A model generated the notes under the pieces. That model was not told the DNA's origin. It ran no database searches and worked only from the letters and a program-made list of their open reading frames with translations. Positions 1 to 8,922 of a DNA stretch of 58,216 bases are shown piece by piece. A program made the position numbers and the translations under genes. Position 1 is the stretch's first letter, and each line of letters opens with the position of its first letter. The stretch comes from a virus (lineage: Duplodnaviria > Caudoviricetes): IMG/VR virus record IMGVR_UViG_3300043411_002890, positions 1 to 58,216 of that record. One strand, 5' to 3'.

Positions 1-556
1 AAAGATTGATGACACAATTTTTTAAAAATAAATCTGGATTTTCTTTTCTCCAATTTTCAAGCTGTTTACTTCTTTGTATCAAAATCTCTGGCCTACTAGA
101 TGTTTTTATAGCAGTTTTGGAAGCTAATTCTATATTATTTTCTTTAAATTTAGGATCTTTCCAAAGATTCGATAATAATTTTGATCTCCTTTTTCTTTCA
201 TTTTGATTATTTAATATGGTCTTAGAAACGTTAAGTTTCATTTTAGAAATTTTTTCTTCACACAAAGAAGGGTCTTCTCTTTTATACTTCGTGATCCAAT
301 TTTCTCTTCCTTTTTGAGCAGCGGATCTTTTTTCAAAAGAACTTGAAATTTTCCGTATTGGGTTTTTTTCATTTGGATGACTTGAATTATAATGATTTTT
401 TAATTCACTAAAATTAAGTTTGCATATATCACATTTTAAATAATCTTTTCCTTCAATTCCTGTAAGAACAATGCAATCTTTTTTATGTTTAACCTTTTTA
501 CAAAAGGTACACCGAGGAGCACGTTTTTCAGCTTTTTTTATTACTTTCTTATTCAT
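1..556 (-). CDS. Putative free-standing homing endonuclease, N-terminal part (zinc-finger DNA-binding region); runs off the left edge
   Basis: Not in the ORF track. ATG at 556 overlaps the dnaE-4 stop. My translation MNKKVIKKAEKRAPRCTFCKK...GIEGKDYLKCDICKLNFSELKNHYNSSH... is open to position 1, with CxxC and C2H2 motifs. It sits directly after a split-intein N-half; no nuclease domain is visible in the window. Confidence 0.6.
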   Translation of the reverse strand, partial: MNKKVIKKAEKRAPRCTFCKKVKHKKDCIVLTGIEGKDYLKCDICKLNFSELKNHYNSSHPNEKNPIRKISSSFEKRSAAQKGRENWITKYKREDPSLCEEKISKMKLNVSKTILNNQNERKRRSKLLSNLWKDPKFKENNIELASKTAIKTSSRPEILIQRSKQLENWRKENPDLFLKNCVINL

Positions 557-1811
557 TGACTATTTCTAGATTTTCCTTTATTATTTGTTTTATAGGCAAC
601 ATTCGTCCGTCTTTTACTCTAAATTTATGATCCATTGAGCATATTACTTCAGTTCCATTATCTAGTAAAAACCTAAAAACAGGTATTTTTCCATGATCAT
701 GAAGTTTTTTTACTTTTACAAAAATAGTTTGTTGTGTTTTTTCATCTCTTGATCTGACAAATTCACCTGGTTGAATATTTTTTATCATTTTAGTTGTTTT
801 ACGTATTCCATTTTTATTATATATTGGAATTTTAGTGTTTGATTTCAAACTTGCATTGAAAGAATACGCAACCAAAGCTTCCATTTTATCGAAGAATTCC
901 GAGGACTTACGTGGATCAAGGTTTGCAAAGGCTTTTGTTTTTTCAACAAATTCTTTTTTTAGTTTTTCTCTTTCTTTTGCTGCCTTCTCTTTGTTGTTGG
1001 TTTCTTTTTTTGTGAATGCTTTTCTAACAGAGTCGGTTTCATCCAGAGGCATCCCACAGAGTTTTGCATAGATCAACTGTAACTGTTCCTGGAATATTAA
1101 TAAACCACTTGTTGGTTTAAGAACATCTTCTAAAAGAGGGTGTTCGTATTGAATCTTGTCTGGGTTAGCACGATTATTAAGGAACAACTTATCAACTTTT
1201 AAGCCTAATGGTCCTGGGCGGTGAATGGACGTTGCAATTGCAATATCTCTAATTGAGACTGGCTTCATTTTTCTCATAAATTCTTGAGTATTTGGCTTAA
1301 CAAATTGAAATATTGAAAAGAAATTTCCGTTCCAAAAGACATGTTTATATACTTCAAGATCATCAAAGTTATTAACATCTGGTGATAGTGTTTTTTGAAA
1401 CCACTCATTTATCTGTTCAAAACTGGGATCTTTGATTCCGTGATGTTTTTTCAGGATCTTTCTCACCGTATTTTCAAACATTCTCAAGGTTCCTAATGCA
1501 AGGAAGTCAAACTTTAAGAATCCAAAATGTTCTAACATTCTAAAGTTTACTCCTTCTGTCCAAGGAGTTTGCAAACTCCTTTTTTCTCCTTTGCCGCCGA
1601 TTATCAGAGGCATATTCTGTTTTTCGATCGGTGAGTCCGTGAGCACCACGCCGCCAGCGTGACGCCCGCAATTTGAAATTAAACCTACATCCGTCAGGAT
1701 ATTAGGCTGTTCGTCAACAAATGCCCCAGGCGAGATATTATGGTGCAAGTCATAAACTTTACACGGCGTTTCTAACTTTTTTATTGAACTTATTTTTCTG
1801 TTTGTTACCAT
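549..1811 (-). CDS. dnaE: DNA polymerase III alpha subunit, fragment 4 (IntC 47 aa - extein 273 aa - IntN 100 aa)
   Basis: IntC ends VYDL...LISN; extein CGRHAGG...KFDFLALG...IHRPGPL...LIFQEQL...AYSFNA; IntN starts SLKSNTKI with block B SMDH. Confidence 0.93.
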   Translation of the reverse strand: MVTNRKISSIKKLETPCKVYDLHHNISPGAFVDEQPNILTDVGLISNCGRHAGGVVLTDSPIEKQNMPLIIGGKGEKRSLQTPWTEGVNFRMLEHFGFLKFDFLALGTLRMFENTVRKILKKHHGIKDPSFEQINEWFQKTLSPDVNNFDDLEVYKHVFWNGNFFSIFQFVKPNTQEFMRKMKPVSIRDIAIATSIHRPGPLGLKVDKLFLNNRANPDKIQYEHPLLEDVLKPTSGLLIFQEQLQLIYAKLCGMPLDETDSVRKAFTKKETNNKEKAAKEREKLKKEFVEKTKAFANLDPRKSSEFFDKMEALVAYSFNASLKSNTKIPIYNKNGIRKTTKMIKNIQPGEFVRSRDEKTQQTIFVKVKKLHDHGKIPVFRFLLDNGTEVICSMDHKFRVKDGRMLPIKQIIKENLEIVNE

Positions 1812-1826
1812 GTTCAGTGTCTTTTC

Positions 1827-2315
1827 TTAAACTAATCTGCAAGTGTTATTTGCTAAGGATACTTCATATGCTGTATCTGAGTTGGTGTCATCTATATTGA
1901 TATAAAGAATTTGATCTGTTTTCAATCTATTCGTGCTCAAATCAAAAACAATATTATTCATATAACGGACATTAGAAAAGTTGTCAAATGAAAACTTTGG
2001 AGTCAATTGTAAATCATCAACCATTAAAGAAGAAATATAAATTCGATTAGTTGTCAGTAATTTAAAATCTCTTCCGAAGTTCCTCCAAACTTCATCATTT
2101 TCATCAATTCCATTTTCAAAGAAAAATATTGGAAACGGCATAAAATCGTCTAGACAAATAAAAGTATTTAATTTTCTTACCCAAGAATCTTCTTTAATTT
2201 GTTTGATATAATCATCAAAAGACAATAGAAGAACATTTTTGTTTTTAATAATATACTCTTCTATAGCATAGAGAAGCTTAAAAAGCTCTTCTTGGTTTAG
2301 TTGAGTCATATCCAT
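1827..2315 (-). CDS. Hypothetical protein between dnaE fragments 3 and 4
   Basis: 162-aa ORF packed with neighbours; no nuclease motif recognised. Confidence 0.7.
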   Translation of the reverse strand: MDMTQLNQEELFKLLYAIEEYIIKNKNVLLLSFDDYIKQIKEDSWVRKLNTFICLDDFMPFPIFFFENGIDENDEVWRNFGRDFKLLTTNRIYISSLMVDDLQLTPKFSFDNFSNVRYMNNIVFDLSTNRLKTDQILYINIDDTNSDTAYEVSLANNTCRLV

Positions 2316-3496
2316 CCTATTAAGCTATCATCCTCGCATAGATCTTTTACTTGCTTCCAACCTTTGTCTGTTTGGACTAAGTGATCTTCAGTTAGTTTAA
2401 TGCTTTTACCATCTTTAAAAGTAATTTCATAGAGTTCTTTTTCGCCGTTTTCAACCTTGAAGAAATCAGCGTTAAATTTAATCTCCCCAGTTGTATCAAT
2501 ATAAGCAACCTTGTCTTTGTCTTCAGATATGTCTTTAAATTGTTTCCAACCGCTTTCAGTTAAGATTAATGTTTCTTCTGTAAAACAAGATTTTATTTGT
2601 TTAAACAAAATACGCAAACTTGATTCAAGTTGAGGATATTCTTCTAATAAAGCTTGAAAAGACGGAGAATTTTTTTCCGCACTCTCATAAGATAAAAACC
2701 ACACACCACGATCAAACCCATCCTGTTGTTTATCAGCATCAAGAGTCTCTTTTTCTATTTGTTGCGTTATAGGATTTATAATGTCAAATGGAATTTGATA
2801 AAGTCTTGCAAGGTCTTTTATCAAAGACTTAAGCTGCAACTGGTTATAGTTCGAAACAGGAAGCACAGATTCCTCGCCAAAATGCTCAGTTAATATTTTA
2901 ATTGCCTCTTCTCTGTCTGCACAATCACTATTGTGACTAACAATTTCAGAACCTTTTGAAGAATAAATAAGAAAATATGAATTTTCTACTGTTATATCGG
3001 TAACAGTGATTTTTTTTGTTTTTGGTAAAAATTTAACTATGTTATCTACAACTACATAAGATTGAGTTTTATTACCAAGAGGAGCTAATTCAATACCTTC
3101 TTTAAGATCTTGGACTTTAAGATCATTCCAATTTTTATTTGGAATTTTATGGTTACCAGTTGCAATAAAATATCCCATATCTTTAACTCGTACTTTATAC
3201 AAACATTCATTCTCTTTTAAAGCTCTTGTTTTCGAATACAATACACGTCGAGGGCAACCACACGAATCAATCACAAAATCCCCAGAATTTAATGAAGATA
3301 TTCTTTTTTTCCCATCAATACATTTTACTAATGTTGATGATAGCAAACAGTCTATATCAGGTAAAGAATTGTGAGTTAAATAAAACATTCCATTATGCTT
3401 GTCGCTAACGAAAAAAGTTTGGTCATTTTCAACTCCTATATCGATTAGTTTAATTGGGATCTCATGTTCTATTGTTTTTATTGTTTTTATCTTCAT
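2306..3496 (-). CDS. dnaE: DNA polymerase III alpha subunit, fragment 3 (IntC 43 aa - extein SLPDID - cis mini-intein 140 aa - extein 114 aa - IntN 93 aa)
   Basis: ...LTHN|SLPDID|CLLSSTLV...TGNH...VSHN|SDCADRE...LKSLIKDLAR...KQIKS|CFTEETLI...TEDH; splicing reconstitutes the PDIDSD catalytic motif. Confidence 0.93.
   Translation of the reverse strand: MKIKTIKTIEHEIPIKLIDIGVENDQTFFVSDKHNGMFYLTHNSLPDIDCLLSSTLVKCIDGKKRISSLNSGDFVIDSCGCPRRVLYSKTRALKENECLYKVRVKDMGYFIATGNHKIPNKNWNDLKVQDLKEGIELAPLGNKTQSYVVVDNIVKFLPKTKKITVTDITVENSYFLIYSSKGSEIVSHNSDCADREEAIKILTEHFGEESVLPVSNYNQLQLKSLIKDLARLYQIPFDIINPITQQIEKETLDADKQQDGFDRGVWFLSYESAEKNSPSFQALLEEYPQLESSLRILFKQIKSCFTEETLILTESGWKQFKDISEDKDKVAYIDTTGEIKFNADFFKVENGEKELYEITFKDGKSIKLTEDHLVQTDKGWKQVKDLCEDDSLIGWI
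2930..3349 (-). mobile_element. Cis mini-intein (140 aa) within the DnaE PDID|SD motif
   Basis: Cys1, block B TGNH, terminal HN followed by Ser. Confidence 0.88.
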
Positions 3497-4379
3497 ATTT
3501 GAAAACCAGCTCTTTTGTTTTTTTATAGTTTCTTTGTTCGAGATTTGGGATAATTTTCCAAATTTCTGCGAATTTTAAGCCTTGAATAAACTCTTTTTGA
3601 GTTATTGTTATAATATTAACATCTGAAGAAATAATGTCTTTTTTTGATAAATTTTTTGTCATCAAAATTTCAAAGTGTTTTCCTGTGTTTTCCACACCTT
3701 TTAATTCTATGAATAAACTTAATTCTGGTAAGAAAAAATCGGGCGTATATGCTCCATTTTCAGTTATAAATGTTTTTGTTTCATATTCATATTGAATATT
3801 AAAAAATTTAAGAAATCTAGCAAAATCAGCCTCAAGTGCGCTTTTAAAGTAAGTCTCAAATCCCAGATCAGTTCTATAACCTGTTCTTCCATTTAGATGA
3901 ATTTTAATCTTTCCATTAGATTGATCAATAAACTGACATTTTCTGCTGCAACGAACTATATGTCTATTCGATTTTTTATTTTGAAAGAATTTTTTACAGG
4001 TCACACATTCTTTTATTTCCCTATTGGAATTGTTAAAACAACTTCTAGAACAAAAAAAGCTGTTTATCCTACTTGGTTTTGTTTGATATATCTTAGTACA
4101 AAATAAACAATTTTTTGTTTTTAATTTTATTTGACTTTTATTTTTACAAGCTGTAGAGCAAAATAAACTATTTTTACATTTGTAAGAAATAAATTCTTGT
4201 TTACAAAATTTACAATTTTTGTTTATTTTGCCTTCTTTTTTCTTTTTATTATAATGTTCTTTACAATTTTTCGTACAAAATTGTTTTCTTAAACAGTTGT
4301 TGCTTCCACGTCTATTGTTTTCTGGTAGAATTATTGTAAACTCAGAATTACATTCTTTACAACATTTCAATAAACTCAT
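3462..4379 (-). CDS. Free-standing homing endonuclease: Cys-rich zinc-ribbon repeats plus C-terminal PD-(D/E)xK nuclease domain
   Basis: Repeated CxxC...(F)CSxxC units; FKSALEADFA...YEYE...YTPDFFLP...FIELKG; lies between IntN (dnaE-2) and IntC (dnaE-3) and overlaps both. Start 4379 preferred over 4397. Confidence 0.82.
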   Translation of the reverse strand: MSLLKCCKECNSEFTIILPENNRRGSNNCLRKQFCTKNCKEHYNKKKKEGKINKNCKFCKQEFISYKCKNSLFCSTACKNKSQIKLKTKNCLFCTKIYQTKPSRINSFFCSRSCFNNSNREIKECVTCKKFFQNKKSNRHIVRCSRKCQFIDQSNGKIKIHLNGRTGYRTDLGFETYFKSALEADFARFLKFFNIQYEYETKTFITENGAYTPDFFLPELSLFIELKGVENTGKHFEILMTKNLSKKDIISSDVNIITITQKEFIQGLKFAEIWKIIPNLEQRNYKKTKELVFKYEDKNNKNNRT

Positions 4380-4842
4380 CTGTGATTTCAATTTCATCTG
4401 CTCTTAATTCCTTTTTAATACCATCCCGAATAACGATCCATAAATGATTAGGACTACTTTTTAATGTAGTACCATTTTCAAGTTCAAAAACTAAAACTTT
4501 ATTATGATAGGATTCATGTTTGTGAATAACTGGTTTATAACTGTTTGTATGAGTATACACCATATCACCAACATTAATATTTTTTAATTGTTTGATCTCA
4601 TCTTTAGTTTTTATATAGGTATCTGGGTCCAAGCACATCTTCTTTTTACTTAAAAACCGTTCAAATAAAAGCCCATGTTTCACAGGATCTACTTGTGTTA
4701 TACCTGTTGCGTAACACACCAAAGAACCTGCGCCAGAGTTATGAACGGGTATTCCTTCTACGTTGTACGAAGACTTATTTTTGACTGACAAATCATACAC
4801 TTTGCCAGAGTAAGGTACTTCTTTTTTCGATTTTAGTTTCAT
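4357..4842 (-). CDS. dnaE: DNA polymerase III alpha subunit, fragment 2 (IntC 35 aa - extein 34 aa - IntN 92 aa)
   Basis: VYDLSV...VHN|SGAGSLVCYATGITQVDPVKHGLLFERFLSKKKM|CLDPDTYI...SPNH. Confidence 0.93.
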   Translation of the reverse strand: MKLKSKKEVPYSGKVYDLSVKNKSSYNVEGIPVHNSGAGSLVCYATGITQVDPVKHGLLFERFLSKKKMCLDPDTYIKTKDEIKQLKNINVGDMVYTHTNSYKPVIHKHESYHNKVLVFELENGTTLKSSPNHLWIVIRDGIKKELRADEIEITDEFIEML

Positions 4843-4849
4843 ATTTTCC

Positions 4850-5218
4850 TTATAGGAGCTTCAGATCTTTTGTTAGCGGGTCTATTTTTTCTGCGGCGTG
4901 CGGACCGACCGAGAGACAAGTTCTTGTAGGAACACCATTAAACTCAGTCAATCCCGAGTCGGTAATAAGATGTGTTGTTAAACCACTTGTTTTTGCCGCA
5001 TCGAACAAAGCAAGAAGTTCTGTTTCGCTCTCAACATAAACACAGATTTTTCTATGCCCAGAATCTAGCCATTCCTGTTCTTCTTGAGATAAAGCAAAAG
5101 AACCTTGTTTGTATTTTTCAATTAACCAAGCAGAACTTGCATGGGCTATTTGTGCAGCCAATTTACCTTTTCTTACATTAAGGTCTTTACGCCATACGAG
5201 TATTTGTTTTATTATCAT
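4850..5218 (-). CDS. pth2: Peptidyl-tRNA hydrolase, Pth2 family
   Basis: KQILVWRKDL...GKLAAQIAHA...KICV...ITDSGLTEF...T.TCLSVGP. Confidence 0.9.
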   Translation of the reverse strand: MIIKQILVWRKDLNVRKGKLAAQIAHASSAWLIEKYKQGSFALSQEEQEWLDSGHRKICVYVESETELLALFDAAKTSGLTTHLITDSGLTEFNGVPTRTCLSVGPHAAEKIDPLTKDLKLL

Positions 5219-5220
5219 TA

Positions 5221-5622
5221 CTAACTCCTAGTTTTTAGAACTAAATTTTTAGGTTTTTGGTTTGGACCAAAATCAGATACTATTTCAAACGATTCAACGT
5301 CATTGTCGCAAATTTTATGCGAAAGAAATAACCAATCTATTTTTTCTGTGTTAGCACAATACATTAGAACACGATTTCTTGATAAACATTGAATTGTTTT
5401 CGTAATCACACAGACATCATAATTTTGTCTATCAGTTAGAGTTTTAAAATGTATATATTTTAAATGAAAATTTGGATCTGATAAAGGAATCAAATGATCT
5501 GGAATTTTTTCATCTTTATAATTTTTTATAAAACTCTGAAAGACGTTAATTCTACTAGAATCTAGATAATCTATTTCAGATTTAAGTTTATTAATGATAG
5601 ACTGTTCATCTTCTTCTTTCAT
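5221..5622 (-). CDS. Hypothetical protein
   Basis: 133-aa ORF, ATGA overlap with thyA. Confidence 0.7.
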   Translation of the reverse strand: MKEEDEQSIINKLKSEIDYLDSSRINVFQSFIKNYKDEKIPDHLIPLSDPNFHLKYIHFKTLTDRQNYDVCVITKTIQCLSRNRVLMYCANTEKIDWLFLSHKICDNDVESFEIVSDFGPNQKPKNLVLKTRS

Positions 5623-6458
5623 ACTGCTATCTCTAGATCTGCTTTTAGTTTTTGGGGAGAGTTAAATCCTTCTATTGTAAAGTCTTCTAGTTTTATTTCA
5701 TAAAAACTTTTTGAATGATTTAGTTCAAGCACTGGGGATTTATCGAGTGGTTCTTTTAAGATTAGTTCGTTTGCCGCGTTTAAATGCCTGTCATAAATGT
5801 GCAAATTATGAACATAATGGCAAAATTTTCCTGGTTTATATCCGAGATCAGAACAAACCATAAGCAATAAAGCATAATACTGAGCTTTATTTATCCAATT
5901 GGCCATAATATAATCTGAACTTCTCTGAATTAACGTTAAGTCTAATATAAATTTCCCATCTAGTTTTCTGACATTCCAAATGGTTTCATAAGCGCAAGGA
6001 TGCAAACCATTTGTTTCCTGAAGATCAGACTCTTGATATAAATTCATTATATGTCTTCTACTAAAGGGATCTTGCTTCAAACTATGTAATAGTTTATTCA
6101 TTAAATCCCATTTTCTGACGGTTGCACCATAACGCTGACCAATTGTGCCGTTTCCAATATCCCATTCGTCCCACCAATTAATCCCAGTTTGCTTCGCCGC
6201 GTCGAGCGAGGCGGTCTGCTGTTGGTATATCCACATTACCTCTTTAATCCCAGTTTTAACTGCCGTTGGTCGCAAGGTTGTGAATGGAAATTCTCCATTT
6301 AATAAGTCATATTCTTCAAATATTTGGTTTATGAATATACTTTTTGCAGGTGTGCCGTCTTTATATTTTGGTCTTGGATTTTCGTCTTTATATCCTTTTG
6401 TTGTTAACTTATATAAGTTTTGTTTGTAGTATTGGTCAGCTTTATTCATTTTTTTCAT
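5619..6458 (-). CDS. thyA: Thymidylate synthase
   Basis: WWDEW...IGQRYG...SRRHI...LHPCAY...QRSSD...N...HNLHIYDRH. Confidence 0.95.
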   Translation of the reverse strand: MKKMNKADQYYKQNLYKLTTKGYKDENPRPKYKDGTPAKSIFINQIFEEYDLLNGEFPFTTLRPTAVKTGIKEVMWIYQQQTASLDAAKQTGINWWDEWDIGNGTIGQRYGATVRKWDLMNKLLHSLKQDPFSRRHIMNLYQESDLQETNGLHPCAYETIWNVRKLDGKFILDLTLIQRSSDYIMANWINKAQYYALLLMVCSDLGYKPGKFCHYVHNLHIYDRHLNAANELILKEPLDKSPVLELNHSKSFYEIKLEDFTIEGFNSPQKLKADLEIAV

Positions 6459-7105
6459 TCTTCCTTTTCTTCAAAATAGAAACCGTAAAGAGAATCACAG
6501 TCTATTTTCTTTGAATTTTTTAATAGTCCGAAACTTAACAATCTATGAGTTCCGTCAATTATTTTCATAGTTCCGTTTTTTGTTTTACAAACTACTATTC
6601 TATTTGTTGCAACCCAAATATTTTTAGAATTCAAAACATTGTGAGAAGACACTTTTGAGAGTTTTGGTAAAACTGTGTCATTTGCCGTAAGCCAAGAATT
6701 TAAGGAATCGACTCTTTTTTCTATATCGTTTATTGCATCAACAGACTTTTCTATATTATCTTTTGATTTTCTTACTATCGTAAAACCTTTTTTCTTTTTA
6801 ACAGACAGTTCGTAGCTATCCAAGAACTGTTCAAAACTTACAGAAGTATAACAAGACTCGTAACTTAATAACTCTTCAAAACTAAAATTGGCAATAACAA
6901 CAGAACTATCTTTAAGATAGTCAGAAATATATTGCCTCTTTGAATTGAAAATAACTTCTCTAAGTTTATTTTCTAAAGAAGAAGAAAAATCTGGTTTTAA
7001 TATTAAATCCTGATTCAATAATCTAATGTTGTTAGCCAATGCATGATCTCCATCAAGCATAGACCATATTAAAAACTCTTTGCTGGTTGCTAGTTTTACT
7101 TTCAT
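6455..7105 (-). CDS. Hypothetical protein with possible ParB/Srx-like domain
   Basis: IVVC...MKIIDGTHRL matches the ParB N-terminal DGxHR signature. Confidence 0.5.
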   Translation of the reverse strand: MKVKLATSKEFLIWSMLDGDHALANNIRLLNQDLILKPDFSSSLENKLREVIFNSKRQYISDYLKDSSVVIANFSFEELLSYESCYTSVSFEQFLDSYELSVKKKKGFTIVRKSKDNIEKSVDAINDIEKRVDSLNSWLTANDTVLPKLSKVSSHNVLNSKNIWVATNRIVVCKTKNGTMKIIDGTHRLLSFGLLKNSKKIDCDSLYGFYFEEKEE

Positions 7106-7410
7106 TTTATTATTAGTCCTGGGATGTCTGGGTATTCAAATATTTTATTTTTATCAAGAAGTTTGTACCATTTGATATTATACTTTCCCTTATCGTGGTC
7201 AAGAACAACATAGTCTTTTAGGTTTATTTTGGAATAGTAATGGCTTTCAAGATACCAATGTTTGGTTCCACTTGAATATTCACACGCTGGTCCACCTTCT
7301 CTATGATATTTACCATCTTTATACCATTCTTTTGTTCCACTTGAATATTCTGCAATACCAGTATAATTTTTTGGAATATCAAGACAAGATTTTACTTTTA
7401 TGGTTTTCAT
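7102..7410 (-). CDS. HREDGPA-repeat family protein, copy 1 (102 aa, 1 repeat)
   Basis: MKTIKVK start by homology with paralogs; HREGGPA; YPDIPGLIIK. Confidence 0.85.
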   Translation of the reverse strand: MKTIKVKSCLDIPKNYTGIAEYSSGTKEWYKDGKYHREGGPACEYSSGTKHWYLESHYYSKINLKDYVVLDHDKGKYNIKWYKLLDKNKIFEYPDIPGLIIK

Positions 7411-7784
7411 TTTTCTATTAGTCCTGGAATGTCTGGGCATTCAATTATTTTATCTTTGTTAAGGAGTTTGTACCACATAAGATTACATTTTCCTTCGTAG
7501 TAATCAAGGATAATATAATCATTTAGGTTTATATGGGAATAACATTCACTTTCAAGCCACCATTGTTTATATCCATTTGAAAATTCACATGCTGGGCCTT
7601 CTTCTCGATGCCGTTTTCCTTCTTTATACCATTCTTTTGTTCCACTTGGGTATTCAACCGCTGGTCCATCTTCTCGATGAAGTTTACCTTCTTTATACCA
7701 TTCTTTTGTTTCACTTAAAAAGTGAACAATCCCAGTGAAGTTTTCTGGAATTTCTGAAAGATCTTTTATTTTTATTGTTTTCAT
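7407..7784 (-). CDS. HREDGPA-repeat family protein, copy 2 (125 aa, 2 repeats)
   Basis: WYKEGKLHREDGPAVEY and WYKEGKRHREEGPACEF. Confidence 0.85.
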   Translation of the reverse strand: MKTIKIKDLSEIPENFTGIVHFLSETKEWYKEGKLHREDGPAVEYPSGTKEWYKEGKRHREEGPACEFSNGYKQWWLESECYSHINLNDYIILDYYEGKCNLMWYKLLNKDKIIECPDIPGLIEK

Positions 7785-7796
7785 TTTACCACGAAT

Positions 7797-8243
7797 TTAC
7801 TTTTCAATCAATCCTGGAATGTCTGGATATTCTACAATTTCATCTTTAGTAAGAATTTTATACCACACGATCTCATCTTCTCCTTTAAAATAGTCGAGAA
7901 TAATATAATCATTTGGGTTTATTTGTTTATAAAAGTTGCCTTCGAGATACCAATCTCTATCTTCATCTGCCCATTCACATGCTGGCCCATCTGCTCTATG
8001 AAGTTTTCCTTCTTTGTACCACTTCTTTTCTCCATCTGCATATTCAACTGCTGGCCCATCTGCTCTATGAAGTTTTCCTTCTTTGTACCATTTCTTTGTT
8101 CCATGTGAATTTTCAACTGCTGGCCCATCTTCTCTGTGAAGATTACCTTCTTTATACCAACGTTTTGCTCCATCTGAATCTTCAACAATGCCTGTGAAGT
8201 TTTTTGGAATTTCTGAAACAGATGTTACTTTTATAGTTTTCAT
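7797..8243 (-). CDS. HREDGPA-repeat family protein, copy 3 (148 aa, 3 repeats)
   Basis: Three WYKEGxLHRxDGPA units. Confidence 0.85.
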   Translation of the reverse strand: MKTIKVTSVSEIPKNFTGIVEDSDGAKRWYKEGNLHREDGPAVENSHGTKKWYKEGKLHRADGPAVEYADGEKKWYKEGKLHRADGPACEWADEDRDWYLEGNFYKQINPNDYIILDYFKGEDEIVWYKILTKDEIVEYPDIPGLIEK

Positions 8244-8617
8244 TTCTCAATCAGTCCTGGTATATCTGGGTATTCAAATATTTTATCTTCGCCAAGAAGT
8301 TTATACCACATAATCCCATATTTTCCCTCATATTCATCAAGAATAATTTGGTCTTTAAGAACTATTTGAGAATATCGTTCATTTTCAAGGTACCATCTTT
8401 TTGTTCCATCTGGCAATTCTTTTGCTGGACCATCTTCTCGATGCCACCACCCATTTTTATACCAAACCTTTGTTCCATCTGTATATTCAATTGCTGGTCC
8501 GTTTTCTCGATGACGTCTTCCGTCTTTATACCAAAATTTATCCCCATCGGGATATTCAACAATTCCAGTGAAATTTTCTGGTATCTCTTTCCATCTTTTT
8601 ACTTTTATAGTTTTCAT
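8240..8617 (-). CDS. HREDGPA-repeat family protein, copy 4 (125 aa, 2 repeats)
   Basis: HRENGPA, HREDGPA; YPDIPGLIEK. Confidence 0.85.
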   Translation of the reverse strand: MKTIKVKRWKEIPENFTGIVEYPDGDKFWYKDGRRHRENGPAIEYTDGTKVWYKNGWWHREDGPAKELPDGTKRWYLENERYSQIVLKDQIILDEYEGKYGIMWYKLLGEDKIFEYPDIPGLIEK

Positions 8618-8922
8618 TTAGTTATAAGTCCTGGTATATCTGGATATTCAAATATTTTATCTTCGCCAAGAATTCTGTGCCAAATGAGGTTATATTCCCC
8701 TTGATAGGAATCAAGAATAACGTTATCTCCTAGAAATATTTGTTTATAACAAACATTGTTTAGATACCATTCTTTATACCCATCTGCATATTCACACGCT
8801 GGGCCATCTTCCCGATGTTGATCGCCATTTTTAAGCCAAAATTTATTTCCACTTGGATATTCCACGAGCCCAGTATAGTTTTCTGGTATCTCTTTCCATC
8901 TTTTTACTTTTATAGTTTTCAT
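8614..8922 (-). CDS. HREDGPA-repeat family protein, copy 5 (102 aa, 1 repeat)
   Basis: HREDGPACEY; YPDIPGLITK. Confidence 0.85.
   Translation of the reverse strand: MKTIKVKRWKEIPENYTGLVEYPSGNKFWLKNGDQHREDGPACEYADGYKEWYLNNVCYKQIFLGDNVILDSYQGEYNLIWHRILGEDKIFEYPDIPGLITK

Noticed and set aside
549-4842. dnaE fragmentation as pseudogenisation, frameshifts or stop-codon reassignment
   Set aside because: Every break falls between intein N- and C-terminal blocks, and TAA, TAG and TGA all end ordinary genes in this window
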